Assembly (NCBI GenBank): GCA_030649305.1
Contig: JAUSFV010000006.1
Span: 32-64,031, forward strand
Origin: a bacterium
GTDB lineage: Bacteria > Patescibacteriota > Minisyncoccia > Sungbacterales > GWA2-42-14
Direction: 5' to 3'
Length of the DNA: 64,000 nt
In this document: positions 38,445-47,532 of the stretch, piece after piece
Layout of the letters: each line of letters opens with the position of its first letter
How positions within the stretch are numbered: position 1 is the stretch's first letter
The notes under the pieces: model-generated
Databases searched by the model: none
Told to the model about the DNA's origin: nothing
Seen by the model: the letters and a program-made list of their open reading frames with translations, nothing else
Program-made: the position numbers and the translations under genes

Positions 38445-39236
38445 ATGAGACTGTTCCCGGAAAGCGACTATCAATCAAAATCGAACCGAGACAGGTTCGA
38501 ATCGCTCAGAGGCATAATCGAAAATCAACCGCCCCTTGTAGCACTTGCGTATAAAGAAGGACTTTTATTCATGAATTTCGGCACACGACATGATTTCCGC
38601 CGAATTGCTCCGCTCAACGAAGGGAATACCTTAGTATTCGGAGGCGTTGGCAACCGAGGCGATATAAAGGATCTCCACACGAATGGATGGGTAAACCCGG
38701 CAATGCGCCGCCTCTATGCGTGCCTCCCCAGCAATTCAAAAGAGATATCGGGGCGCGTCATTAGCGACGGAATCGCGGATCTTATGCGTTCACGATTTAG
38801 CTTTGTATTCTCGGGACCTTTCATCGCCGAAATTTTCATTGCAGAAGTCGGAGAATCAAATAACGTTATCTACCATATCCAGACCGACGGAAACACATGT
38901 ACCCACGATGATTTCCTCGCGTTGGGAGCCAGAAACTACTGCGCCAATAATCCCCTCCGTTTAAGAGTCGTGAGAAGCGCTGTGGACTCAAGTGTGGGGA
39001 CACAAATCCAAGAAGCAAAGGAAAAAATTGAACTGTGCGCGATTGAACAATACCTTGAAGAGAATCCGCCAAACCCCTCTCAGAGCCTTGAAGAGGCGCT
39101 GAAACTCGGTGATGTTTTGAAAGAATTCTATGTCCGAGAAATCAGCGGAGAGGAAGATCCGGAAAAGACAAAGATGCCTGTTAGCTACAACATTCTCGAA
39201 AGAGGAAAGGGGCTCTTTGTCCATTCAGACAAATAA
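38445..39236 (+). CDS. prcA: 20S proteasome alpha subunit (divergent)
   Basis: RDRFESLRGII...LVALAYKEGLLF, FGGVG, ISGR, PFIAEIFIAEVG; directly downstream of prcB. Confidence 0.82.
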   Translation: MRLFPESDYQSKSNRDRFESLRGIIENQPPLVALAYKEGLLFMNFGTRHDFRRIAPLNEGNTLVFGGVGNRGDIKDLHTNGWVNPAMRRLYACLPSNSKEISGRVISDGIADLMRSRFSFVFSGPFIAEIFIAEVGESNNVIYHIQTDGNTCTHDDFLALGARNYCANNPLRLRVVRSAVDSSVGTQIQEAKEKIELCAIEQYLEENPPNPSQSLEEALKLGDVLKEFYVREISGEEDPEKTKMPVSYNILERGKGLFVHSDK

Positions 39237-39322
39237 TTTAAATGAAAAAGCCCATCCCATATGCGATGCATAGGGATGGGCTATTTATTTTGAGAATTTT
39301 ATCTTTATCACCTTATCTTTAT

Positions 39323-40063
39323 CTAAAAACGGGATTGCTCTTTGAGACCTTTCTTATCCGATTTCGCGCTCAATTCCGCCTTCGCTTTCTCTAAAAAGAA
39401 GTATGTCGCAAGGAGGTTTTCTTTATATTCCTCGTAGGTCGCGCTGTCGGCAAAACCATACTGCACGATTTCTTCCCCCTTCAGCAGGGTCGGCTTCTCC
39501 CGATTGCTTAAATCGGCGAGGTAGCGCGCCTTGTCAAAAGGCTTATCAGCGCGCGAACAAAAGGATGCAACGCGATCGGCAACATTCTGTATCATTTCCC
39601 GAGCACCCTCATCGTGTTCTTTTTTTGCTTTATCGAGTTCTTCCTGCGACGCATACTGATGTTCCGGAACGAATCTCGGAAACCCGAGCGCAAAAAAGGT
39701 ATCCGGCGTAACATACCGCTTCTCGCCTGCCGCAAACACCAGCTGGCCGAAGAGGGCTTGCGTGCCAATTGCAAACGTGTCAACCGGACGCGGAGAAGTT
39801 TTGATGGCTGATACAATCTGAAACGCGTCAAAAAGCGGCGCGTCCACCTGCTTGATCACAAGCTTTGTCCGAACAAAACCCTTCGGAACCACAATGCTCG
39901 GGGAAGCCAATGGCTCTGTCAGACCAAACCAATTCAGTCGGGTTACCAGAGAATTTGCAGAAGGATTCAAAACTGGCCCCACGGGAAACTGGAGTTCCGA
40001 ACCAAGTTCGGTAATCCAATAACCCTTCAAATCATCGAGCCAACTATCGCCCTGTCGCTCCAT
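39323..40063 (-). CDS. ClpP-fold protein lacking catalytic Ser and His (ClpR-like)
   Basis: AFQIVSAIK..PRPVDTFAIG.QALFG.LVFAAGEKRY...ALGFP...EEIVQYGFAD. Confidence 0.75.
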   Translation of the reverse strand: MERQGDSWLDDLKGYWITELGSELQFPVGPVLNPSANSLVTRLNWFGLTEPLASPSIVVPKGFVRTKLVIKQVDAPLFDAFQIVSAIKTSPRPVDTFAIGTQALFGQLVFAAGEKRYVTPDTFFALGFPRFVPEHQYASQEELDKAKKEHDEGAREMIQNVADRVASFCSRADKPFDKARYLADLSNREKPTLLKGEEIVQYGFADSATYEEYKENLLATYFFLEKAKAELSAKSDKKGLKEQSRF

Positions 40064-40083
40064 GTTTTCTTCCTCCTCTTTGA

Positions 40084-40803
40084 TTACTGCGACCGCCCCG
40101 GCTTCATATCCTTGATGGCGGGGGCACCCCACGATGTATACAACTTCTCAGCCATTCGAATACCCTCTTGTTCGCCCTTTGTCTCGGCCTGAAACATCGC
40201 TCGCATCAAGGCACCCAAGAAAATAGCCTTTTTCGTTTTCATGTCCGGTGCGCGTTCAATCATGGGCCACAAAATCCCTAACACGCGCGCAATAAGATTT
40301 GGATTATATTGCGTCCAAAATGCCGCCTTAATCTCTTCTTTGTCCCGAGAAGACAAACCGTGTAAAAATATTTCGTTTGCCTCCTCCATGGATACCGCGG
40401 GCCAAGAAAAGTAAGGAACCAAAGCGTCGTTCGTAATAATCTTATGCATTGCATAAAGTTGAGAACCCGCAACATGACTAAATGAATCAATTACGCCGAG
40501 TAATTCGTGTGCCGCATCTGAAACCGATGGCCGCTTCTGGTCAAGCGACACGATAACTGGTCGCAATACCAGATCAACCGCAGAACGATTTGCATCGGTA
40601 AACACATGAGCACTCGCATGATCCATGCGCCGTTCCGCATCAGACATCTCAACATTCGTCCAAAGATTCAAAAGAACGTTCTCAAAAAATGCGGAGCGCT
40701 CTTCCGAAGAAGACAGCTCACCAAGATGCTTGAGAATATCGCGCGAGCGCTCCCCCGCCGTATCATACGTTCCGTGAATAATTTCCTCGGCTCGATTTTT
40801 CAT
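40084..40803 (-). CDS. Hypothetical helical protein
   Basis: 239-aa ORF with GGGGAG RBS, co-oriented with the ClpP-like gene. Confidence 0.8.
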   Translation of the reverse strand: MKNRAEEIIHGTYDTAGERSRDILKHLGELSSSEERSAFFENVLLNLWTNVEMSDAERRMDHASAHVFTDANRSAVDLVLRPVIVSLDQKRPSVSDAAHELLGVIDSFSHVAGSQLYAMHKIITNDALVPYFSWPAVSMEEANEIFLHGLSSRDKEEIKAAFWTQYNPNLIARVLGILWPMIERAPDMKTKKAIFLGALMRAMFQAETKGEQEGIRMAEKLYTSWGAPAIKDMKPGRSQ

Positions 40804-40830
40804 TGTTCTCCCCCTTTTCTCCTTTGTGAG

Positions 40831-41310
40831 TTATGAATCCGGATTCGTTTCTTGTCTTCGTGTTGCTTCAAACATGCGCGGGTCTTCCTCGCGAAATTTC
40901 TCAAACAACTTCTGATATTGAGGTGTCTCCCGCATACGTTCAACATCGGGATACGCGCACATAACGCCTCGTTGCGGAGCAACATATCCCTCGCCCCCCA
41001 TGAGTCCGAGCACCGGATCTCGATCTTGATCAATGAGTATAATCGTATGCTGGCGTTCTTTGGTTTCTGGATTAAAACGCGTAATTTTTTCAAAATTACC
41101 GGAAGACCACGAATACTTATGAAAGGGGCACCGCTCACATGCCGAAAGGTCAATAATCCACCCAGGCGCTCCGTTGGTAATCTCTTTTGGACAAGGAATG
41201 CCAAGTGATGAGGTCGCATTATCAACCACCGAAATAGAAAGAGGGTCTTCACCATTTCTCGTATTGATGGCGCGCTCAAGCCGCCCGATCGCATCTACCA
41301 CATCAGCCAT
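40831..41310 (-). CDS. Hypothetical Cys-containing protein
   Basis: 159 aa; CP...CERCPFH...C; AAGGAG RBS. Confidence 0.75.
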   Translation of the reverse strand: MADVVDAIGRLERAINTRNGEDPLSISVVDNATSSLGIPCPKEITNGAPGWIIDLSACERCPFHKYSWSSGNFEKITRFNPETKERQHTIILIDQDRDPVLGLMGGEGYVAPQRGVMCAYPDVERMRETPQYQKLFEKFREEDPRMFEATRRQETNPDS

Positions 41311-41351
41311 TTTGTTTTCTCCTTTTCAAAGACCAGCCGGAAATTAAAAAG

Positions 41352-41424
41352 AGGGTAGTGTTTACGCGCCCAAATCTAATTCCCGCCTACGTGCTAGGAA
41401 TAGACTGGGGGTAACAACTACCCT
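41352..41424 (-). promoter_or_regulatory. Long leader hairpin followed by a U-run (attenuator or sRNA candidate)
   Basis: AGGGTAGT...ACTACCCT closing stem then CTTTTT; TTGACA-17-TACAAT promoter at 41458-41486. Confidence 0.5.
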
Positions 41425-41534
41425 TGCCCTTTTCTTTCCGCCTTGTAAGTTACCCGCATTGTAGCAAAACCGAAAAAATCTGTCAATAGTTCGCGGACAA
41501 ATAAAAAGGGGCTCAAAGCCCCTTGAAGATATAG

Positions 41535-43151
41535 CTATACTCCATCCGGAAAACGAACGCGTTGAAACGCCCCCGGATTCGGATCAAACGGATCCTCATC
41601 ATATTCGGTAACGACATCGGGCGACCAACCCCTTCCGGACTTAGGATAATATCTGAGATAATTCCAGCCCACTTCCATAAGATCCGCGTTCGTATGCCCC
41701 CGGAGTGCTGCAATCCTCTTATCCCGCGCTTCCGCGCGCGTTCCCGAAGGAGCATGATTTTTCGCGTGCAGAATCTCCGATTCCGAAACAATCAACGCGA
41801 CAAGCCCTTTTTGTACGAGTTTATAATACAGACCCTTATCGCGCCGCACATCATGAAAAAAATTATCAAAAAACTTCATACGGCCCCATGCATCCGTTTT
41901 GCTCGTAGTTCCGCTTTTCGTAATAATTTCAAGCGGGAGTATCGGAGCGCTTTCAAACGAATATCCGTTTCGTTCCATGTCGGGCAGAATCCAGTAATGC
42001 AATTTCGCGGCCCACCCGACGTAGGGCGCTAAAATTTCCGCGCATTCGAGGGGAGAGCGCGCCCGCTCAAACGCTTCAATCAAAAAAATATATTTTTGAA
42101 GGCCGTCCTCTTCCTCGTTGCTCCAGAGAACCGGGGAACCGCTCCGCGCCGCCTCCCGAAACAGCGATGCCTTGTACGCAAGAATCGGCTCAAGATACAG
42201 CTTCCGATGCAAACGTACCGCGTCATACTCCTCATTCTGAAAACGAAATGTTTGATGCTCGCTTCCCCACCACATAGTCCGTGTTTGCATGTATGCCAAT
42301 TCGCGCGAAAAGCGCCCCGAGTCTTTTTTATAATCCTCTTTGCGAAGCACCCGACCCTCAATCATGCGAAGCAGGATCCCGAGAATCACGTTGGGTACAT
42401 ACATCTGCCATTCGCACATTGATGAATCAAGACCGATAATCTGAAGGCGCCAGTACTCGCGGCGGTCCGCAAGCGGCTCATCGCACAAAAGCACCATGGG
42501 GCGCATTGGTGCCGTGGATGATGTTCCCGAAAGCCGGTCCACAAACGGAGCGCGCTGGGAGAGCGAATACAAAAGACGCCCCCCATTGGTAACCCATACC
42601 AGCCCCGACCCCGTCATCCACGAGCTTGAAAAAAGAAACGGACCGAGAATGGGTAATGCCTCATCATAGGACACTTCGCGAATATTCAGGGGAAGATTAT
42701 AGTGATTCCCCCACGAAACATAGTGCGTACGAGAACGATAATCCCGGGTGTCCGGAGACCAGCGTTCGGAATTCATGTTGGTATTATTTTTAAAAAACGT
42801 ACAGCCCCCGAAACGCGCGAATTTGGCACGAATGCGCGATGCGGGCGATCCCTGTATATTCAGCGTTGCGGCAATATCCTCAAGAATACGCTCGCCCGCT
42901 TTTCCCCATGCAACAAGGTCGTAGACACTTCCGCATTCGGGAGTCGAAATTTCAAAATGATTTCCGGTATCCCAATATGCCCGTCCGCCGTTTGCGAGAA
43001 AATCTGATTTTACGGGAAGAATCCGCGCCCCATCCCTCATCTGCGGCCGCAAGGATTCCACGGCGTCATGAAGTTTAGCCCAATTATCCCCAAAAATTTC
43101 CATCGGAAAAAAAGCGGTTTCGTTCTCCATACCCCAGATACGCTTTTGCAT
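41535..43151 (-). CDS. pafA: Pup--protein ligase
   Basis: MQKRIWGMENE, FLANGGRAYWDTGNHFEISTPEC, AGERILED, FKNNT, SQRA, WAAK. Confidence 0.88.
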   Translation of the reverse strand: MQKRIWGMENETAFFPMEIFGDNWAKLHDAVESLRPQMRDGARILPVKSDFLANGGRAYWDTGNHFEISTPECGSVYDLVAWGKAGERILEDIAATLNIQGSPASRIRAKFARFGGCTFFKNNTNMNSERWSPDTRDYRSRTHYVSWGNHYNLPLNIREVSYDEALPILGPFLFSSSWMTGSGLVWVTNGGRLLYSLSQRAPFVDRLSGTSSTAPMRPMVLLCDEPLADRREYWRLQIIGLDSSMCEWQMYVPNVILGILLRMIEGRVLRKEDYKKDSGRFSRELAYMQTRTMWWGSEHQTFRFQNEEYDAVRLHRKLYLEPILAYKASLFREAARSGSPVLWSNEEEDGLQKYIFLIEAFERARSPLECAEILAPYVGWAAKLHYWILPDMERNGYSFESAPILPLEIITKSGTTSKTDAWGRMKFFDNFFHDVRRDKGLYYKLVQKGLVALIVSESEILHAKNHAPSGTRAEARDKRIAALRGHTNADLMEVGWNYLRYYPKSGRGWSPDVVTEYDEDPFDPNPGAFQRVRFPDGV

Positions 43152-43229
43152 GCAATCTCCTCTTTGATAAAGAACCAACCTGCTTTCACAATATCAGAAT
43201 CGGCGCATAAGGGAAATATTGACAAAAAA

Positions 43230-43258
43230 AATAATGAGGCCTAAGAGGCCTCATTACT
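43230..43258 (-). terminator. Intrinsic terminator after pup
   Basis: TAATGAGGCC-TAAGA-GGCCTCATTA hairpin; U-run on the minus strand. Confidence 0.7.
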
Positions 43259-43305
43259 ATAGAAAAATCTGTTGCGTATTATTAGTAATTAGTTATCTGT
43301 TCGGG

Positions 43306-43521
43306 TTATTCTCCGCCCCGCTGAACGTAGCTCTTCACAAATTCTTCAGCGTTTTCTTCCAAAACTTCATCAATTTCATCCACTAAATCATCCAAATCCT
43401 TCTTTAATTTTTCGGTCTTTTTCTTTTTCTCTTCCTCTTTCGTATCGTCTTTTTTTGGAGTTTCCTCAACCTCTTTTTTCTCTTCGGGTTTTTCTTGTTT
43501 CTTCTTTTGTTCCTGACTCAT
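43306..43521 (-). CDS. pup: Prokaryotic ubiquitin-like protein Pup (C-terminal GGE)
   Basis: DLDDLVDEIDEVLEENAEEFVKSYVQRGGE; charged, disordered N-terminus; GGAGG RBS. Confidence 0.97.
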   Translation of the reverse strand: MSQEQKKKQEKPEEKKEVEETPKKDDTKEEEKKKKTEKLKKDLDDLVDEIDEVLEENAEEFVKSYVQRGGE

Positions 43522-43607
43522 GTTTTTTCCTCCTCCCTAAATCAATTTTGTTATACAAAATTAATCGGGCGACCAATCGGCAAAGCCGATTGGTTTAGCC
43601 TTTCTTG

Positions 43608-45257
43608 CTATTCATCATATTCAGGATACGGAGTACGATGGACAGAATAAATGCTTCCGCATTTTTTCGCAATACCCGCGCCAAGCGCACGCCGCAAAAA
43701 TTCATGCCGATCCGCGCCGAGAAGAAGTGGTGCATACTCCGCTTCGGTCATCAGAGGATTTGAACAATCAATTTCATAATATGCGTTTTCCTCCGGAACC
43801 CACACGTCTATCTCCGCCCAATGCCATCCCTGCACGTGCGGCTCAAACAAACGCTGTACCGCGACCTGAAAGCCGGAGCGCGTCGGCGGGGATTCAGAGA
43901 CCGCGCGCGCGATATCGGCATCGCTAATAATCCGATGCTCCCGATGCTTTTCTTGAACGAATTTTTGAAAAAATATGCTTTTTGCGGGGTCGATATTTCC
44001 ATAGCTCCGGTCAAGGCTGATTGCTTTATGCGAACAGAAAGAATCAATCTTGCCGCGCGCCATCAATTCCTCTATGACACCGCGTTTCGTCACCCAATCC
44101 AACATCCCGATACAATCACCGGAATTTCTCCGAAGTTTTTTAACAACATCAAGCCCGAGCGCCACCGCTTCATCATACTCGGGTTCCCGAATACCATACT
44201 CCGCACAATACCTCCCCATAAGCGTTATATATTCTTCAAGAAGATCAAGGGGTAAACAGGATTCTTTGCGATTTCGCATAGAAATTTTTTCTTGAAACGC
44301 GAGGTCCCGCGAAATCTTCCAAAACGCTCTCACGGGATCCGTCAGTATAAACTGACCGCCGAGAAATTCGTCCTCAAGCATCTTTAAATGAATTTCGGTA
44401 AGGGCAATCGTAAGAAAATAGGCGGTCTCACACATGTTTTGATCTGCTGTAATCACATGCAGACGGCGATACAGCGCTGCATCCGCATACGGCACGTCGC
44501 GCGTATTCATTAGGGGCCGTTTGCTTAGTGTGGGATATGTCTCCCCTAGTCCCATCGTACCGATGCCCGCCAACTCCGAAAAAAAATCCGCGCGCTGAGA
44601 AATCTGGAAGTCGCACCACGGGAGCCCCGTCACAAGCCGATTATGGCTTCCCACCTTTCCTTGGCCGTTAAAAATCTGACGGAGTACGAGCCACGGAATC
44701 GTACGTTCAATCAAGGCGCCCCACGGCACGACACGCCGCATAAGATAATTATCATGATGCGCATAGCTTACCGAAAAATCGGCGAGCAGCTCAGGAGATA
44801 CATCAAGAAACGTTTCCCCGCGGCCCAGCGCAAAACCATAATTATTTTTTGATAACAAAAAACCGGTTCCCGCTTCGCGATGGCGTTCTGTCAAAAACCG
44901 TATGATGCGGTCAGCAGCTTCATAGTGCGCGAGTTTCTCTTTGGGTGTGCGGCAAAGGGCGATTGAGAGTTCCGGATGCGCCCCGTCCACATACAATCGC
45001 GCGCCATTCGCAAGAAGAATATTTGTTTCGCGCCACGAGCGTTCCGTAAAATAGGTATGGCTATGATCTTCCCCGTCCGCAAGGCGCGGCCGCGAATCCC
45101 ACAAAGAAAAACTTCCGCCCGAAAGCCACTCGGGCCTGATACGCGACACAAACTGCCACGCGAGATCAGCGGGACTCTGTGAAGAATCCGGCGAACTGAT
45201 CCCATATTCTATTTCGCTTCCCCCATATTTTGGTATCGAGCGCGATTCACGGGGCAT
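43608..45257 (-). CDS. dop: Depupylase/deamidase Dop
   Basis: GSEIEYGI, LANGARLYVDGAHPELS, GQGKVG, FQISQRADFF, NTRD, YRRLHVI, LDWVTK. Confidence 0.9.
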   Translation of the reverse strand: MPRESRSIPKYGGSEIEYGISSPDSSQSPADLAWQFVSRIRPEWLSGGSFSLWDSRPRLADGEDHSHTYFTERSWRETNILLANGARLYVDGAHPELSIALCRTPKEKLAHYEAADRIIRFLTERHREAGTGFLLSKNNYGFALGRGETFLDVSPELLADFSVSYAHHDNYLMRRVVPWGALIERTIPWLVLRQIFNGQGKVGSHNRLVTGLPWCDFQISQRADFFSELAGIGTMGLGETYPTLSKRPLMNTRDVPYADAALYRRLHVITADQNMCETAYFLTIALTEIHLKMLEDEFLGGQFILTDPVRAFWKISRDLAFQEKISMRNRKESCLPLDLLEEYITLMGRYCAEYGIREPEYDEAVALGLDVVKKLRRNSGDCIGMLDWVTKRGVIEELMARGKIDSFCSHKAISLDRSYGNIDPAKSIFFQKFVQEKHREHRIISDADIARAVSESPPTRSGFQVAVQRLFEPHVQGWHWAEIDVWVPEENAYYEIDCSNPLMTEAEYAPLLLGADRHEFLRRALGAGIAKKCGSIYSVHRTPYPEYDE

Positions 45258-45371
45258 ATTTCCTCCCCTTTCTTTATATGTATATATGTAAAGCAACTTA
45301 TTTCATGCTATCACGGCCACTCCAATGAAAAAAGCCCACGACCTCGGTCGGGGGCTTTTGGATGTAATGAG

Positions 45372-47351
45372 TTATAGGTAATGTCCGACCGAAACTGTCT
45401 CAACTTTCTTATCCTCCCCTTCTCGGGGAAGAATACGAACATTCACGATTCGGCCCTTCTGCTTGCCGATAACACTGGCCCACTCTTGGGGGTTCGTAGT
45501 GTTAGGCAAGTCTTCGTTCTCTTGGTATTCTTTAATCGTCGCGTCACGAAAATCAGAGAATGTCAGCCCCTTCTTGCCTCCCGCAATCAATCGTTTGACC
45601 GCGCTTTTCTTTGCGCGAGTCATAATGGACTCAATGATAGCGCCGGACATAAAATGCCGGAAGTGCATGGTTTCCTGTTTCCCATCCGCATAGGTAAGTT
45701 CGACAAATCTGCTCCATTTTTTAGAATCAGGGGTAAGCCCCCAAATTTCAATCGCGGTCCGCTGAATAAAATATTTTGCCATATCCTCCAAAAGAGGGGT
45801 GCCGTTTGTATCACGACGAATAGGAAACTTCATGATTTTGAGGTCAACATCATTTCGCGCATCATTCGTGGGGTCGCAATCGTAAAACTTACGCGGATGT
45901 CCGTTACGGTCTGCCGGAATATAGTTTCCCTCTGTATCATAGAATTTCGGATTCACATAATCAGAACCAACAAGACAAAATGGAAGTTCCGGCACGCAAT
46001 AAATCTTGAGAATTTCCTGAATGCCGCGAAAATCAGGACGGTCAATTTTAATTTTTACGTCAAATCGTCCGGGCCGCAGAACCGCAGGGTCAATCAAATC
46101 CTGCCGGTTGGATGCACCAATCACGATGACGTTTTTCAAACCCTCAACACCATCAATCTCCGCCAAAAACTGCGGTACGATGGTTGACTCAACGTCCGAA
46201 GAAATTCCCGAACCGCGCGTCCGAAACAAACTGTCCATTTCGTCAAAGAAAATAACGACGGGAGAGCCGTCTCCTGCCTTCTCACGCGCCCGCGTAAAAA
46301 TATCACGAATTTTACGCTCGGTTTCACCAACCCACTTCGTAAGAAGTTCCGGACCTTTGATATTAATAAAGTAACCCCGAACGGATTGTCCCGTTTTTGC
46401 GGCAATCTGTTCGGCCAGAGAATTCGCAACCGCCTTTGCGATAAGTGTTTTACCGCATCCCGGAGGACCATACAACAGTACGCCCTTGGGCGGTGCCAGT
46501 TTGTGTTCCTTGAAATGTTCCGCGTAGAGATAGGGAAGTTCAAGCGCGTCGCGAATTTCTTCAATCTGTGCCCCAAGTCCGCCGATGTGCGCGTAGGTAA
46601 TATCCGGCACCTCCTCCAGGAGGAGGTCTTCGGTATCACTCTTTGGAAGCTTCTCAAGTACGAGACCTGAGCGCGCGTCAAATAACAGATGGTCGCCCTC
46701 TTTCAGAACGACGTCTTTCAAAGAATCCGCAATCTCAACAACCCGCTCCTCATCCTGACGCACTTCAATCTGCACACGCCCATCATTCAGGCGGCTTTTC
46801 ATCGTGACTACTTCGCCCTGCCCGTCAAAGCCAAGCGCCTCAACCACATTGAAGGCCTCATTCAAAATAAGTTCCTGGCCCCTCCGAAGAGACCTGCCGT
46901 CAAGAGAAGGATGCAGATTAACTTTCAACTTTCTACCCGCCGCATAAATAACGGCTGTGCCGTCTTCATTCAACAAAGAAAAAATACCGTAAGAATTAGG
47001 AGGCGCTGAAAGCTTTTCCACTATCTCGCGGAGTTCCACGATCTCTTTTTTCACTTCCTGCAAGATCTCGGTGAGTTTCTGGTTTTGAGCAAAAGCCGTT
47101 ATATTTTGTTCAAGCAACGGCTTTTCCAATCTTGCTAATTCTTGCTCCTGCGCCACAATCTGTTCGCGAATCCGCTCGGCCTTTTCCAAAGTATCGCCCC
47201 GGGCATCCGCGCGTTTATGCAGTCTTCTTAATTCCGCGTGAAGTTCTTGAAGTCGTATATGAATCGCGTGGAGCTTCGCGCCAAACGCGTCAAGCGATTG
47301 ATTGCGCGGATCTTCATTCGGCATACGCCACCTCATTTCGTCTGTCAACAA
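45372..47351 (-). CDS. arc: Proteasome-associated AAA+ ATPase ARC/Mpa (start may be a downstream ATG)
   Basis: N-terminal coiled coil, OB domains, GPPGCGKT, KGPELLTKWVGETER, FFDEMD, SGISSDVE, NEDLPNTTNP, C-terminal GHYL. Confidence 0.96.
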   Translation of the reverse strand: MLTDEMRWRMPNEDPRNQSLDAFGAKLHAIHIRLQELHAELRRLHKRADARGDTLEKAERIREQIVAQEQELARLEKPLLEQNITAFAQNQKLTEILQEVKKEIVELREIVEKLSAPPNSYGIFSLLNEDGTAVIYAAGRKLKVNLHPSLDGRSLRRGQELILNEAFNVVEALGFDGQGEVVTMKSRLNDGRVQIEVRQDEERVVEIADSLKDVVLKEGDHLLFDARSGLVLEKLPKSDTEDLLLEEVPDITYAHIGGLGAQIEEIRDALELPYLYAEHFKEHKLAPPKGVLLYGPPGCGKTLIAKAVANSLAEQIAAKTGQSVRGYFINIKGPELLTKWVGETERKIRDIFTRAREKAGDGSPVVIFFDEMDSLFRTRGSGISSDVESTIVPQFLAEIDGVEGLKNVIVIGASNRQDLIDPAVLRPGRFDVKIKIDRPDFRGIQEILKIYCVPELPFCLVGSDYVNPKFYDTEGNYIPADRNGHPRKFYDCDPTNDARNDVDLKIMKFPIRRDTNGTPLLEDMAKYFIQRTAIEIWGLTPDSKKWSRFVELTYADGKQETMHFRHFMSGAIIESIMTRAKKSAVKRLIAGGKKGLTFSDFRDATIKEYQENEDLPNTTNPQEWASVIGKQKGRIVNVRILPREGEDKKVETVSVGHYL

Positions 47352-47430
47352 GCTTTTTTTAATGTATCACAGCAAATTCATACGCGCAACTAATTGAAAA
47401 AACGGCTTATTTGTGATATCTTTGGGCAAG

Positions 47431-47502
47431 GCCCCCGTAGCTCAACGGATAGAGCAATCCCGTCCTAAGGGAGAGATGGGAGTTCAATTCTTCCCGGGGG
47501 CA
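47431..47502 (+). tRNA. tRNA-Arg(CCT)
   Basis: GCCCCCG acceptor / CGGGGGC-A, D arm GCTCAACGGATAGAGC, anticodon loop GTCCTAA, T loop TTCAATT; no encoded CCA. Confidence 0.88.
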
Positions 47503-47532
47503 TTGATATGCTATAATACTTGTATTCACATC

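Noticed and set aside
43306-43521. Tag as UBact
   Set aside because: The C-terminal half matches the Pup consensus and ends RGGE, not the UBact-type R[ST]G[EQ]
47413-47532. N-terminal extension of the HtrA ORF
   Set aside because: It overlaps tRNA-Arg; ATG at 47533 is the plausible start
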